Shown here: positions 10,917 through 21,322 of the stretch, in pieces
Position numbering within the stretch: the stretch's first letter is position 1
How the letters are laid out: each line of letters opens with the position of its first letter
Source: an uncultured virus (IMG/VR IMGVR_UViG_3300025011_000039)
Lineage: Duplodnaviria; Heunggongvirae; Uroviricota; Caudoviricetes
IMG/VR virus record: IMGVR_UViG_3300025011_000039
DNA: 64,000 nucleotides
Strand: one strand, 5' to 3'
Notes under the pieces: generated by a model
Told to the model about the DNA's origin: nothing
Seen by the model: the letters and a program-made list of their open reading frames with translations, nothing else
Databases searched by the model: none
Program-made: the position numbers and the translations under genes

Positions 10917-11788
10917 TCCATCATACCCTCCAACATCCTAAGTTTGTCATCGATATTTTGCTTTGCCGAAGCAGTATTTTTATTTCCGCTATTACTAACC
11001 TTATAATTTTCAAATGGTTCGTTTACCGTTCTGAAATTATCAAATCCACGAGTCAAGAAGTCCTCTAACTTATATTTATGTGACCAATAACAGTCTGGAC
11101 TTCTTAATACGGCATCATAGTTATCTATGGTCTGAATAATTTCTTCTACGGGAAATTTCTTTAGTTTGGCGTTGATATGACCTTTCCGCTTATCCGTTAA
11201 TTCTGAATGAGATATTATTTTCTTAGAGTTCCAAAAATCAAAAACAGTATATATATTAATATCTGTTTTAGTCTCTGTTGTAGTCTCTGGTATTGCTGCG
11301 TAATTTTCCACTTCTTGAAGCGTATTTTTTTCTTCTTGAACGGAAATATTTTCGCTTCGAGAAATACTTACCTTATATCCTTCGAGATGATAGTTTATCT
11401 TATACAATTCATCCTGTATCTTTGTTAGATTAACCCTATATTGCATCGTCTTATCCCATTTGAATTTAGGATTAGTTCTCTCAGACAAGAAACCCCTACT
11501 AACTAATTCCTTAACATGGTTTCTTATTGATTTAGCGGTCATATTAAGCATTGTTTCCTTAGATAATTCCTCTGACTTCTTATAAATCCATCCGTTTTGT
11601 AGGTCAATGTTTAATTCTTTTCCGTCACTCTCTACCCTACTGCGTTCTTCCTGGATAAATTTATCGAAGTCTCTAACCCTTTCACTCCAATAGATAAATT
11701 GGTTTAATAATACGGCCTTAATAAAATCACCTGTTAATTCAACCAATTCCTCTTTTATTACAACTCTGCTTAGTTTCTGTTCTTCCAT
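10913..11788 (-). CDS. phage replication initiator protein
   Basis: N-terminal wHTH (AVLLNQFIYWS, GWIYK), IPETTTET linker, C-terminal VFDFWN domain; internal repeats. Confidence 0.8.
   Translation of the reverse strand: MEEQKLSRVVIKEELVELTGDFIKAVLLNQFIYWSERVRDFDKFIQEERSRVESDGKELNIDLQNGWIYKKSEELSKETMLNMTAKSIRNHVKELVSRGFLSERTNPKFKWDKTMQYRVNLTKIQDELYKINYHLEGYKVSISRSENISVQEEKNTLQEVENYAAIPETTTETKTDINIYTVFDFWNSKKIISHSELTDKRKGHINAKLKKFPVEEIIQTIDNYDAVLRSPDCYWSHKYKLEDFLTRGFDNFRTVNEPFENYKVSNSGNKNTASAKQNIDDKLRMLEGMME
11303..11365. repeat. probable iterons (origin) inside the initiator gene
   Basis: Imperfect repeats TTTT..CTTCTTGAA (x2) and TTTTCGCTTCGAGA in the linker-coding region. Confidence 0.45.
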
Positions 11789-11801
11789 ATACTGCCTCCA
11801 A

Positions 11802-12080
11802 CTAATAACATCTTAATGATTCCCTAAACTTTCTATCAGTCGCCACTTTTACCATCGTTAAATATACTTCCTTGGTAGGTTTAAACCATTCTCCACCAAT
11901 GCAATATTCTTTAAGGTACTCATGTAGCGCATATTCTGATGTAAAGTGACCATCCACTACCAGAACAATACTTAACTTCTCCTTTATAGTCTTACGTAGT
12001 CTTTTTAATCTATCATTTGGAGTATGTGATTGACCTATCTTTATTGGACCACATTCGCCTTGCTGTATAAAATAAACCAT
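11802..12080 (-). CDS. GIY-YIG (T5orf172/MUG113-like) nuclease
   Basis: VYFIQ..IKIG.S..P..RL...E..LH......GEWF. Confidence 0.85.
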   Translation of the reverse strand: MVYFIQQGECGPIKIGQSHTPNDRLKRLRKTIKEKLSIVLVVDGHFTSEYALHEYLKEYCIGGEWFKPTKEVYLTMVKVATDRKFRESLRCY

Positions 12081-12233
12081 TCTTTTCCTCCAATTAGTTA
12101 ATTATCTCCGACAAATTAAACCTTATTACGAGTATATTATACCATGAAATACAGATATATGTAAATAATGATTGTTGTATTTACTGATTTATTTATGGTA
12201 TAATATCGGCAAAAAACTAAAGGAGTTACCAAT

Positions 12234-12398
12234 ATGAAGAAAACTAATATGAGTACCACGCTGGATAATGAACTAATCAAGAAATTTAAGAAACTAGCCA
12301 TAGACCAAGGTAAACAATATAATGTCCTCATGGAAGAAGCAATCAAAGGAATACTTCTTAAGTACGGAATATCTCACAAAGAGCAACCCCGAAATTAA
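12234..12398 (+). CDS. ribbon-helix-helix DNA-binding protein (54 aa, absent from the ORF track)
   Basis: MKKTNMSTTLDNELIKKFKKLAIDQGKQYNVLMEEAI; AAGGAG RBS, TGGTATAAT promoter, and a hairpin at the end. Confidence 0.8.
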   Translation: MKKTNMSTTLDNELIKKFKKLAIDQGKQYNVLMEEAIKGILLKYGISHKEQPRN

Positions 12399-14891
12399 CG
12401 GCGGTTGCTCCTTTGCCGTTAACTAGCTAATAACCAGTCCGGTAACAACACGGTTAAGGCCAAAAGTAGAGTTGATAATACTAATCATTTCCTTCTCTGA
12501 GCGATAACCTACGATTTTATCTTTTTCATTACGAATAGCAAGTTGATCCTTAGAAATTTTATATTTATACATTTTATTACCTCCTAAGTTTTATTTTTCC
12601 TACCTCAAATTCCTCCAAATCCACCCTCGCCATTCAACCTCATTGGCCAACGGCGACCAATTCATACCGCAATACTCAGCCAACTTCTGTAAGTTATCAA
12701 CATAAACGACATGATTAGGCCAATCAATGAAGTTGTCTAAATCTGCCATTCCCAGTGTCTTATTGGGGTTCGTTATTTTCATACTTACTCCCATTCGGCA
12801 ACCAACTTTTTTATTTTCTGATCGCCGCTAACTACATTTTTAGCTAAAACAAAACAGCTATCAATTATCAAATTAGAGTTAATATAGTTTATTACTATCC
12901 TAGATTCAGAAATATCAATTATAAGTCCGTATCTATAGTCGATATCTCCGACAAGAGTAAACGCAACCGCACAACCAATAGTAAAATGGTTTAAATCAAA
13001 CCTCGGTAAATTTATAACTCCTTCTATTTCCATTACCCTACCCCCTCATATATTGCACAATCAACTTGTCCAACTCCTGCGACGCTCTCACCACATCGGT
13101 AGCGGTTAGGTTGAAATTAGTCACGGCATCATACATTTTCTGTTGAGCTGCTTTAATTTGTGCTGATAACGCTTGTCTTTCCGTATCGGACATTTAACTA
13201 CCTCCCGTTCAAAGTTTCTGCCTACCGGATGCAGTAGGTTAGGGTAAAACTAAAGTGCTTTCGATAAAACCTGAGCAATCTCGCAGTCGCTAGAATGACC
13301 ATCCTGCTTAGACATATGGCAATATGGACAATTATAAATACCCTGACAACCGCCATAAGCAGATCCTCCTTCATATACACAAAATTCTAATTTCGATAGC
13401 AACTTCCGCAACTTCTCAACCTCTGACTGAAGTTTGTATTCATCGTAATCCTTCTTTAATTCCCGCAATTTACGGAGTTTATCTAATCTTTGCCGAATTT
13501 CAACCATATCGTTTTTTAACTTTCTAACCTCTGTCTCTGCCGCAATTGCTCGCTCCAAACTCTCCACTAATTAACCCCCTCAAAGTGTTTTTGAAGGCTT
13601 TTCAGGATTTCGCCGCCTAAAGTATCTAAATAACTTTTAATCTCCTGTACGTCCCTTAAATCCTCCGTTTTAATGCTCCAGGACAGGCAACCGTTTATCG
13701 CCCCGCCCAATGAGGAATAAAACCCAACCGCATCCCACATAACCCTGCCCGGTTCTGCTGATTTTTCGCCGGCAATGCGTTTCGTTTCTAAAATATAATT
13801 ATGCGGATCAGTTGATATTCTGTAGTTGTCGTTAATCTCTACTTGCATTGTCTAACCTCCGTTTATACCTAAGATACATTTACTCGTCCATACAACGCTC
13901 TGAGTGCTGTTTCCGGTCATTCTGTGATTAGTTAGCTACCTCCACGTCACTCCAAAGCATATGCTCGTCCAATCCCCTGCCGCGAACGCTACCGTACACA
14001 TTTAAATGCGTTCCATCGGGATAGCGGTATAAGTCCTCAAATACCAGCCTAAACGCTCGCTCGATAGGACTGTATTGTTCGATAACATCCCTCATTGCCT
14101 CGTCGCCTCCGAGCAGGGTTAACCTGCCGCTTTCTACTTCTACCGTTACGTATGGCATTCAATCGTCCTCCTCTGGAACTTCGGTATAATCAAACCCAAG
14201 ACAGTCGGTAAGATGATTTCTCAATTCTTCAAAAACAGAACCATTAGGGCAGTAGTGTTTTCTAATTGCTGCGCACGCCATACAGGTTTTGAATGTACCA
14301 AATTCACCTTCCCATTTCCCGGTAAATAACTGATAGTTCTGTCCCTTTTTAATAATCTCTCTGCACTCACAGCAGATATGTTCCTTTCGTGCTTTTGGGT
14401 AAGATTCTTCACATAATTCTGGCACTTCGTCTATTTCGACGCTACAGTTACATGATATACTCATTATATCGCTCTCCCTCTAACCGCACCCTGTACCCAC
14501 CGGGCAACCACGGCATTTCTCCTTGCCGATATACGCCCATCACTGTATCCGGTGCAGTATATTTTATGTTCGTGTAACTATTTTTCTCTGTAGATAATCA
14601 AAACTCCAGAAAATGCGTCGCCAGTGCAACCAGTAAAATTGCTAGACTGAAAAGCGGAAACACTATATAGAATATTGTTAACGACAATTTTGCCTTCCAT
14701 TTCCTCTAACCAATCATTAATCACTTTTTCCTGCGCTTCTTGATAATTAAGAAACTCCTTGACTTGTATCATGTCTTACCTCCTAACCTTCCTTAATCCA
14801 TTTTTCCATTTCCTCGTTGTGTCTATTTACCGTAATAATGAGTCTTTCTATTTCCGCAATGTCGGCAGATGTTACGGTTAATTCCAACTCC

Positions 14892-15854
14892 TTATTCACC
14901 GGATGGTGCTTGTCCTTCCATTTCTTTAAGTTTTGCCTGATCCTCTGCATATACCTGTTTAAGTTTTTCCATTAACTCAGACACTTCTTCGCGCGACCAA
15001 TCCGAAAGACTGGTAATCCTCTTTTTGCGCATAGCACTGGCAATACCATGAACATCATCTTCGCTGTAACCAAGTTTTGATTTAACTCCTGCCCAAAATG
15101 CTGGCCAATTGACTGACTGAGGTATTTCATCTATACCACTTTCAAGCCATTCCAAAAATTGCTTTCCTAGTTCCGGCAACAACTGAAATACCCTGCCATC
15201 TACAATAGATGTTCTATCTTTGCTTGATGTGCATTGATGGTCTTGATCTACGTCTACGAAAGTCGTAAATTCGTATTCCATGCCGTCCCTTTGGACTGGG
15301 TTCATACCTATTTTACGTACCACAACTCTACCGCTGGATGGGTCTTTTTCTTGAACATGCTCCATCTTTGCGCGAAGCGTGGCAACTATATGACATTTAC
15401 TAGATAAAATAGTGTCTACAAGGTTATTGTGCATTGGCGTAATATCTCTCCATGCTGTCCATGAATTTACTCCTGGTTTATTACTTTTTTCTATCTGACC
15501 TTTTTTATCAAGCAATCCACCAACACCGGCCCAAGCATGAGTTAGAGAATCAATTATCACAACTTTTATTCCTGCACTCTCACACTCCTTAATGGCTGAA
15601 ACATATTTTTCTGGTGTGTATGGGGCAGCGAGGGATATGATGTTATATTCTTTTATTTCAACGCCTGCCTTGGTGCTATTGGCATACAGGTCGCCGGAAT
15701 AGTTTTCGCTGTCAATAATGCAGATGTCATTCCAATCACCAGTTATTCCATAGGCAAATAGGAGTGCGCCCAATGTCTTGCCTCCACCAGCTGGACCACT
15801 TATGCCTAGTCTTAGTTTCGCCTTTTTGCGCTGCGCTTTTCTCATTAATGCCAT
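14892..15854 (-). CDS. AAA_24 ATPase, Sak4-like single-strand annealing recombinase
   Basis: GPAGGGKT, IIDSLTHAW and RDGMEYEF motifs. Confidence 0.8.
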   Translation of the reverse strand: MALMRKAQRKKAKLRLGISGPAGGGKTLGALLFAYGITGDWNDICIIDSENYSGDLYANSTKAGVEIKEYNIISLAAPYTPEKYVSAIKECESAGIKVVIIDSLTHAWAGVGGLLDKKGQIEKSNKPGVNSWTAWRDITPMHNNLVDTILSSKCHIVATLRAKMEHVQEKDPSSGRVVVRKIGMNPVQRDGMEYEFTTFVDVDQDHQCTSSKDRTSIVDGRVFQLLPELGKQFLEWLESGIDEIPQSVNWPAFWAGVKSKLGYSEDDVHGIASAMRKKRITSLSDWSREEVSELMEKLKQVYAEDQAKLKEMEGQAPSGE

Positions 15855-16454
15855 TTAAAACATCACCTCGCTACTCACTGGTATAATATCCTTACTCACC
15901 ACAAACGCCTCCCAGTAATCAGCCCAATGTAACAACAGCGTCAATGGATGCTCACGGTTTTTTACGTCCCTACCACTTGGCACATATAACAAATTATGGT
16001 ATAAAATTGCCTGCGCTTCTTCTTCGAGTAAAGGAATAAATTTGCTTACGATATGCAGGGAGGCGTATTCGTGAGCAATTTCTAGTCTGTCCTTGTTATG
16101 CTCAAAGGGTTTGGCGGCACTCTGGATTATGCCCTCACCCTTCTTCTTGCCCTGTATCATGTTTGGCACATACAAGTCCTTGCCGTAATATGCGGTTTTG
16201 CCTATATCGTGAGTTAATCCCACGATAATACAACTTTCACGACTAATCTGCGGTGCTAGTGTATCCCTTAGTTTAAGCATAATGTCGGTAACGCTGAGCG
16301 AGTGTAGAACTAAACCGCCCTCTACTGCACCATGCTTAGAACCTGCACTACTTGCCGGTGCAGTAAAGTAACCGTTATTAATCATGTAATCAAATAATTC
16401 TAAAGCACCAAGTCTTTTAATCTCGGTAAATAAATTGTGGAATTTTTCGTTCAA
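15855..16454 (-). CDS. HD-domain phosphohydrolase
   Basis: FTAPAS..HGAVEGGLVLHS, HDIGK, AILYH and LLHWAD motifs. Confidence 0.88.
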   Translation of the reverse strand: MNEKFHNLFTEIKRLGALELFDYMINNGYFTAPASSAGSKHGAVEGGLVLHSLSVTDIMLKLRDTLAPQISRESCIIVGLTHDIGKTAYYGKDLYVPNMIQGKKKGEGIIQSAAKPFEHNKDRLEIAHEYASLHIVSKFIPLLEEEAQAILYHNLLYVPSGRDVKNREHPLTLLLHWADYWEAFVVSKDIIPVSSEVMF

Positions 16455-17418
16455 AGTTAATCCTCCTTAAAATGGTATTATGTCTGGTTCACTCTCCACC
16501 GCCTCAAAACAATCCACATTCGGACACATCAGGTGGTAGTCTTGCGTTTCCCTCTCGATAAGATACCCTGCAACAACTTCCGTATCGGTGCTGGGGACAG
16601 TAACTTCCACCAATTCACTTCCACAGAATGGACACACGGACATTTGAACGACTCCCTCATATATTCATCCGGCACACTCGACTGCTCCAGGCAGTACGCC
16701 GACACTCTTTCAAGTGCTTCTGCGACTAATACTGCTTGTCCATTGCGAATACCCTGCGCCCATGATGCAGTTATTCTTGATAGTTCTGAGTATTCTTGTG
16801 TGTTCATGCTTCTTTGTTGGTGATTAGGGTTAGTTCTGACTCTATAGCATATTTACCGTGACCTTCTTTACACTTACCAAAGCAATTATGGAAACAGTCT
16901 TTCATGCTATCCATTCTTAATCTATAGATACCTTTAGAATCTAGTACGGTTGCTTTTTCATTAACAAGTCCTTCTTCTGGACAGTTATAGATAACCCGAT
17001 CCCACTCCTTAAACTTCATCCTGCTTGTCCTCCTTCGCCTCAAATGAATAACACGGATTGCACCCCGGCGTTAAAAACTTTATGCCGTGTTTGGTGCATT
17101 TAAACGGTACTTTACCTTCTACTAGTTCCCAAAACTTGTAGTTAGCGCAGGTTTCAATTATTGGTATTTTCACCGATGCACCCACCTTTAATCTGTCTGT
17201 GATTCTGGTTGAAAGGCAATGCATTTACCTTTACTGCACTTAATACAATCTTTATTGTGAAAATCACATTGCTCAGTTCCGCATGATTTTATGTGATAAA
17301 ATCCCTTATACTCAGCACCATATTCAATACACCTCTTGCAACACGTTCCCTTGCCTGTCCACACATTTTTCACCTCGCTAAAAAAATTAATCACAGTTAA
17401 GGGCATCGGCATTGCTCC

Positions 17419-17664
17419 TTACAACGCCCCTATACCGCCCCGGCAACCTTGGCATATTAGATATCCTCTGTACGGTCTTAAATCGGTCTGAGATCCGCAC
17501 ATACAGCAATTTGGCCGATATGCCTTGACGAATATGCCGCCACCCATCATCTCAATTTCTACATCGTCACCGATTTTTAAGTTAAGTTGTTCCCGGAAAT
17601 CAATCGGCATAACAACACGCCCTGTCGGGTCTATCTTTCTTATAGATCCGCTAATTCTTATCAC
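17419..17664 (-). CDS. AbrB-family transition-state regulator
   Basis: IRKIDPTGRVVMP..FREQLNL..GD.VEI plus C-terminal CxxC...CxxC. Confidence 0.85.
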   Translation of the reverse strand: MIRISGSIRKIDPTGRVVMPIDFREQLNLKIGDDVEIEMMGGGIFVKAYRPNCCMCGSQTDLRPYRGYLICQGCRGGIGAL

Positions 17665-17671
17665 CTCCGCA

Positions 17672-18187
17672 TTAATTAGCTATATCCTTATAGGAGTATG
17701 GCATGTGCTTACGTCTATAATCCTTGACTACTTCATCTGCTTTTTCTGCCGTACTAAACAGTCCAAGATATATTAACCTCCCCTGGATCCTACAGTACGC
17801 CAACCACCCATTTTTATGAAGGCAAACTCCACGAATACCAGATTTACTATTTCTCTGCGCGCCCTTGCGGTTTTGTGCGTTTTCCGATGTTGTTGCAATT
17901 CTTAGATTTTCCATCCTATTATCTAATGTGTTATGGTTGATGTGGTCAACGCAATATCCGTCTGGGGCGTTTACTAAAAGTCTGTGTAATGCAATTCTTA
18001 CTCTATTTTTATATCGGGCAGCAATATAATGACCGCTTGAGTTTGTTTTATAAACAGACAAAGAAATAGCAGAAAATAGTTTTTCTAAATTTACAGCATC
18101 GATTAAAACCTCTAAGGTATCACCGTTATTACGCTCAACATAAATTATTGCTAAATTTCCATTAATAACATATTTATTTTTAATCAC
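17672..18187 (-). CDS. HNH homing endonuclease with AP2-like DNA-binding domain
   Basis: LHRL...VDHINHNTLDNRMENLR, SGIRGV and YLGLFST; GTG start after GGAGG. Confidence 0.88.
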   Translation of the reverse strand: MIKNKYVINGNLAIIYVERNNGDTLEVLIDAVNLEKLFSAISLSVYKTNSSGHYIAARYKNRVRIALHRLLVNAPDGYCVDHINHNTLDNRMENLRIATTSENAQNRKGAQRNSKSGIRGVCLHKNGWLAYCRIQGRLIYLGLFSTAEKADEVVKDYRRKHMPYSYKDIAN

Positions 18188-18789
18188 AAAACCTCCATTA
18201 TCATACAAAACGACAAAAAGAGTACCAGTAGTTAAACTTCACTGGTGCTCAAAGGCTCTCTCGAAGTTTAAACCGCTGGTACTCTAAGGTTCTCTGGGTT
18301 TAAATTTATATTCAATTGTAGACTACCGTTATATACGTTTAAGGTTTTACAGCGCGGACATTGAATCTCTAAATCCTGCGCTATACTGTATCTCCCAAGG
18401 AGTTTTTTGCATTTGCTGCAACGTGCTTCCCTATGTCTCATAGGCTCGTCAACCTTTCAATTTAGTTGTTGTAATATATGCGCTCCGTATCACCATGCTA
18501 CATTCTCCCCCTTTATAAAATTTGGTTCGTGTGTGGTCTTTGGTTGCTCAATCGCTCCTACATTTAATCATCCCTGCACCCCCGGTTATTTTTTCTAACT
18601 AACCGGCAGGTTTCAGTCGCTTCTACATTTTGCCATTCTGTATACCTCCATAGAATTTTATATGTATGTTTCTTCAATGTGCAATCTTTGCCAATCCATA
18701 TTTGAAGTATAACCGTATATCCTCACCTTGTCAATAGCTTTTTTTCAGTATATAATAAAAATATTAGAATAATTTTATAGGGGCGTGAT

Positions 18790-18960
18790 ATGATGGCCGA
18801 CAAACTAAAAACCAGTTTAAATTTAGATGCTGAATTGATGCAAAAGTTAAAGATGATTGCTACGGTGAATAATAAATCTGTTACTGAGGAATTAGAAAAT
18901 GCAATTAGAAAATATGTCGATAGTAATATTAAGAAAGTTAGAGAGTTAGTTAAGGAATAA
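18790..18960 (+). CDS. ribbon-helix-helix DNA-binding protein (56 aa, absent from the ORF track)
   Basis: KLKTSLNLDAELMQKLKMIATVNNKSVTEELENAIRKYV; TTGTCA/TATAAT-type promoter upstream. Confidence 0.75.
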   Translation: MMADKLKTSLNLDAELMQKLKMIATVNNKSVTEELENAIRKYVDSNIKKVRELVKE

Positions 18961-19030
18961 CCGGGCACCCACCCGGTTATAAAAAACTTTTACAAATGCC
19001 TATAATTGCACATTTGAAAGTAAAAGTGTG

Positions 19031-19270
19031 CTATACTATTTCTGACACATCTGATTCAGAACCAGACTCCCAAGTTAAATCAGATATTTTGCACTCTAAG
19101 GCGATAGCAATTTTGGCTATGGTGCCTAAGTAAATGTCACCCGTATTACCGTTTTCGATATTTGATATATTGCTTTGAGTTAATCCGGTCAACTCAGATA
19201 AGTCTTGTTGTAAGATACCCTGCTTTTTTCTCAGTCGGCAAATGTTCTGCCCGACTAACTTTAGATTCAA
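19031..19270 (-). CDS. Cro-like XRE HTH regulator
   Basis: LRKKQGILQQDLSELTGLTQSNISNIENG; TTG start after AAGGAGG; divergent from the CI-like gene. Confidence 0.85.
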   Translation of the reverse strand: MNLKLVGQNICRLRKKQGILQQDLSELTGLTQSNISNIENGNTGDIYLGTIAKIAIALECKISDLTWESGSESDVSEIV

Positions 19271-19297
19271 ACTTAAAGCCTCCTTTCGGTAAAGCCC

Positions 19298-19390
19298 TAC
19301 CCATTTAGGTAGGAGTTGTTTAAAAAAATATTGTTTGTCCATTAAGTACAGTATATACCTTTTAAGGTATATTGTCAACCGTTTTAGGTA
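19298..19390. promoter_or_regulatory. genetic switch: lytic promoter (minus strand TTGACA-17-TATACT) with three WACC-N6-GGTA operators
   Basis: Operators at 19298-19311, 19356-19369 (in the promoter spacer) and 19377-19390; -35 at 19373-19378 and -10 at 19350-19355. Confidence 0.75.
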
Positions 19391-19476
19391 AAACATTGTC
19401 CCTAATTGTGGTTAAATAGAAAAGTTTGTATGCTGTATTAGGTATTATGAGATAATGAAAATGGGGGAATATTAAA

Positions 19477-19857
19477 ATGGAATTAAAGGATAAACTGCAC
19501 AACCTAAGAATGAGGCGTGGTTATTCAATGGAGAAGTTGGCTGAAATAGCTAAAGTGGCCCTAAACACGATTGGTCAAATTGAAAGGGGTGAGCGTAAAA
19601 ATCCCGGCATCACTACCGTTGAAAAGTTAGCGGATGCGCTAAACGTAAGTCCCCTGTATTTCTTTCATGACTCTGCCCGTACATTTTTTGACATTACGGA
19701 GATTAACGAGGCCATGACTGATGAATTAAAGCAATTATTAATTGACAAAAAGACTATGCCGTATATGATCCTTGCTAAAAGGGCGTATGATGAACGCATA
19801 CCTTCGACAATTATCGAGGAATTATTAAGCACTATTACAAAAGCAAGAAATTCGTAA
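19477..19857 (+). CDS. CI/ImmR-like XRE repressor
   Basis: LRMRRGYSMEKLAEIAKVALNTIGQIERGERKNPG; divergent from Cro; no S24 peptidase domain. Confidence 0.85.
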   Translation: MELKDKLHNLRMRRGYSMEKLAEIAKVALNTIGQIERGERKNPGITTVEKLADALNVSPLYFFHDSARTFFDITEINEAMTDELKQLLIDKKTMPYMILAKRAYDERIPSTIIEELLSTITKARNS

Positions 19858-20203
19858 TAGTATTTTGTCGGAAAATAACGGTAACTTAGGTATTGAAAGT
19901 TATGTGTATTTTCGTATATTATATAAGATAACATAAAACAAGTGTTCGCAAAAGATAAAGGGGGGTTATGTTTGGAGATTGACTTTAAAAATTATGGAGA
20001 TTACATCGAACTCGTGGTGGACAACGGCGTTTGCACGATTAATAGAAATATAAGCGAGGATGGCATCAAGATACTCAACGATACCGCCCTAAAATCTGCA
20101 AACAAAAACAGGGTGAATAACGGTAAGCAGGTATTGGTGGATAGTGTTGAGTGTTATAATGCTTTCCGTGGTAGTTCCGGCTGTTGCTCCTTTGGATAAA
20201 ACA

Positions 20204-20229
20204 AAAACCCGTCGAATTCGACGGGTTTA
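20204..20229 (+). terminator. intrinsic terminator
   Basis: AAACCCGTCGAATTCGACGGGTTT palindrome. Confidence 0.65.
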
Positions 20230-20434
20230 AATAATTACATTGAAATATTTATCGGGTAATGGTAAGATAATTGTCAAATAAATGCCGAAAGACACCCTCA
20301 ACCTTGGCCGGAATGGGTGTCTTTATCCAAAAGCGGAGGCGTTCTCTGCTCGCTTTGCTATTGTTATTTTAAGCAAATGCGGTCAAAATGTCAAGACTCT
20401 CCGCTATGGAAATTTTAGAGTGGAGGGAAAATTG

Positions 20435-21322
20435 ATGGGACAGGCAGTTAGGAAGTTGGAGAGTTTCTATGAGAAAGCAGGAAGTAGGAACGGATTTAGT
20501 GAGAAATTGCATAGAAAATTCATAGAAAATTCGCACATATATAATAATCTTGATAATGATGATTATGATTATAAGGTTTTAATAGCTAAAAGTAATGCAC
20601 TTAAGATGTATTTAGCTAGAAATTTAGATAGAAACAAGATAGAAAACACGGAGGAAGTGGGAAAAGTGACAATCAGATTAGTGGGAAAAGCAGAAAATGA
20701 ATATCTCAGCGTAGAAGAGGCGGCAAAGTATCTTGATTGCACCACGAAAACTATTAGAAACCGCATAAACAAAGACGGTATGCCTTATCTGTGGGATAGA
20801 AATAAGAAGATGATTAGCATAGAAAACCTGGAAAAGTGGCGGCATGGAAAACCGGATGGGGTTAAAATTCCATTAGTAGAAGAAGTGGAAGAATTGGAGC
20901 AGGATATAAAGCAAGAAGTAGAAACGGTGGAAAACTCAGAAGTGTCAGAGTACATTCCTTCCGTTGTAGAAAATTTTGTCACCCAAGATCAATTAAACGC
21001 ATACACCGCCGCTATAAATAACTTTACTATTGCTCTGGCCGACATTAAGCAGAAAAGTAGGCACGAACTAGATAAGCAGAGAGAATACTTCGAGATTATG
21101 TTGGCCCAACAACAGGAGTTAGCAGTTTCCATGTTTGAGGAATTAAAGAGAGAGAAGAATAATGAGAATAAAGAAATATTAGCCGCCATAGAAAATGTTA
21201 AGAATGATAGTTATAGTAATGCTGAAAATATACTAAAGGAATACGAGTGGATAAAGAAGCAGAACGAGGATATTTTAGCGGCACAAAGTAAGCGGTCATG
21301 GTGGAAGTTTTGGAAAAAATAA
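20435..21322 (+). CDS. HTH_17/MerR-like DNA-binding coiled-coil protein with C-terminal amphipathic helix (Par/TubY/RacA-like architecture)
   Basis: YLSVEEAAKYLDCTTKTIRNRI HTH, long coiled coil, ends KRSWWKFWKK; ATG 20435 follows GGAGGG. Confidence 0.7.
   Translation: MGQAVRKLESFYEKAGSRNGFSEKLHRKFIENSHIYNNLDNDDYDYKVLIAKSNALKMYLARNLDRNKIENTEEVGKVTIRLVGKAENEYLSVEEAAKYLDCTTKTIRNRINKDGMPYLWDRNKKMISIENLEKWRHGKPDGVKIPLVEEVEELEQDIKQEVETVENSEVSEYIPSVVENFVTQDQLNAYTAAINNFTIALADIKQKSRHELDKQREYFEIMLAQQQELAVSMFEELKREKNNENKEILAAIENVKNDSYSNAENILKEYEWIKKQNEDILAAQSKRSWWKFWKK

Noticed and set aside
19860..21322. Integrase or ImmA protease beside the repressor
   Set aside because: No tyrosine or serine recombinase motifs and no HExxH protease were seen here or elsewhere in the window
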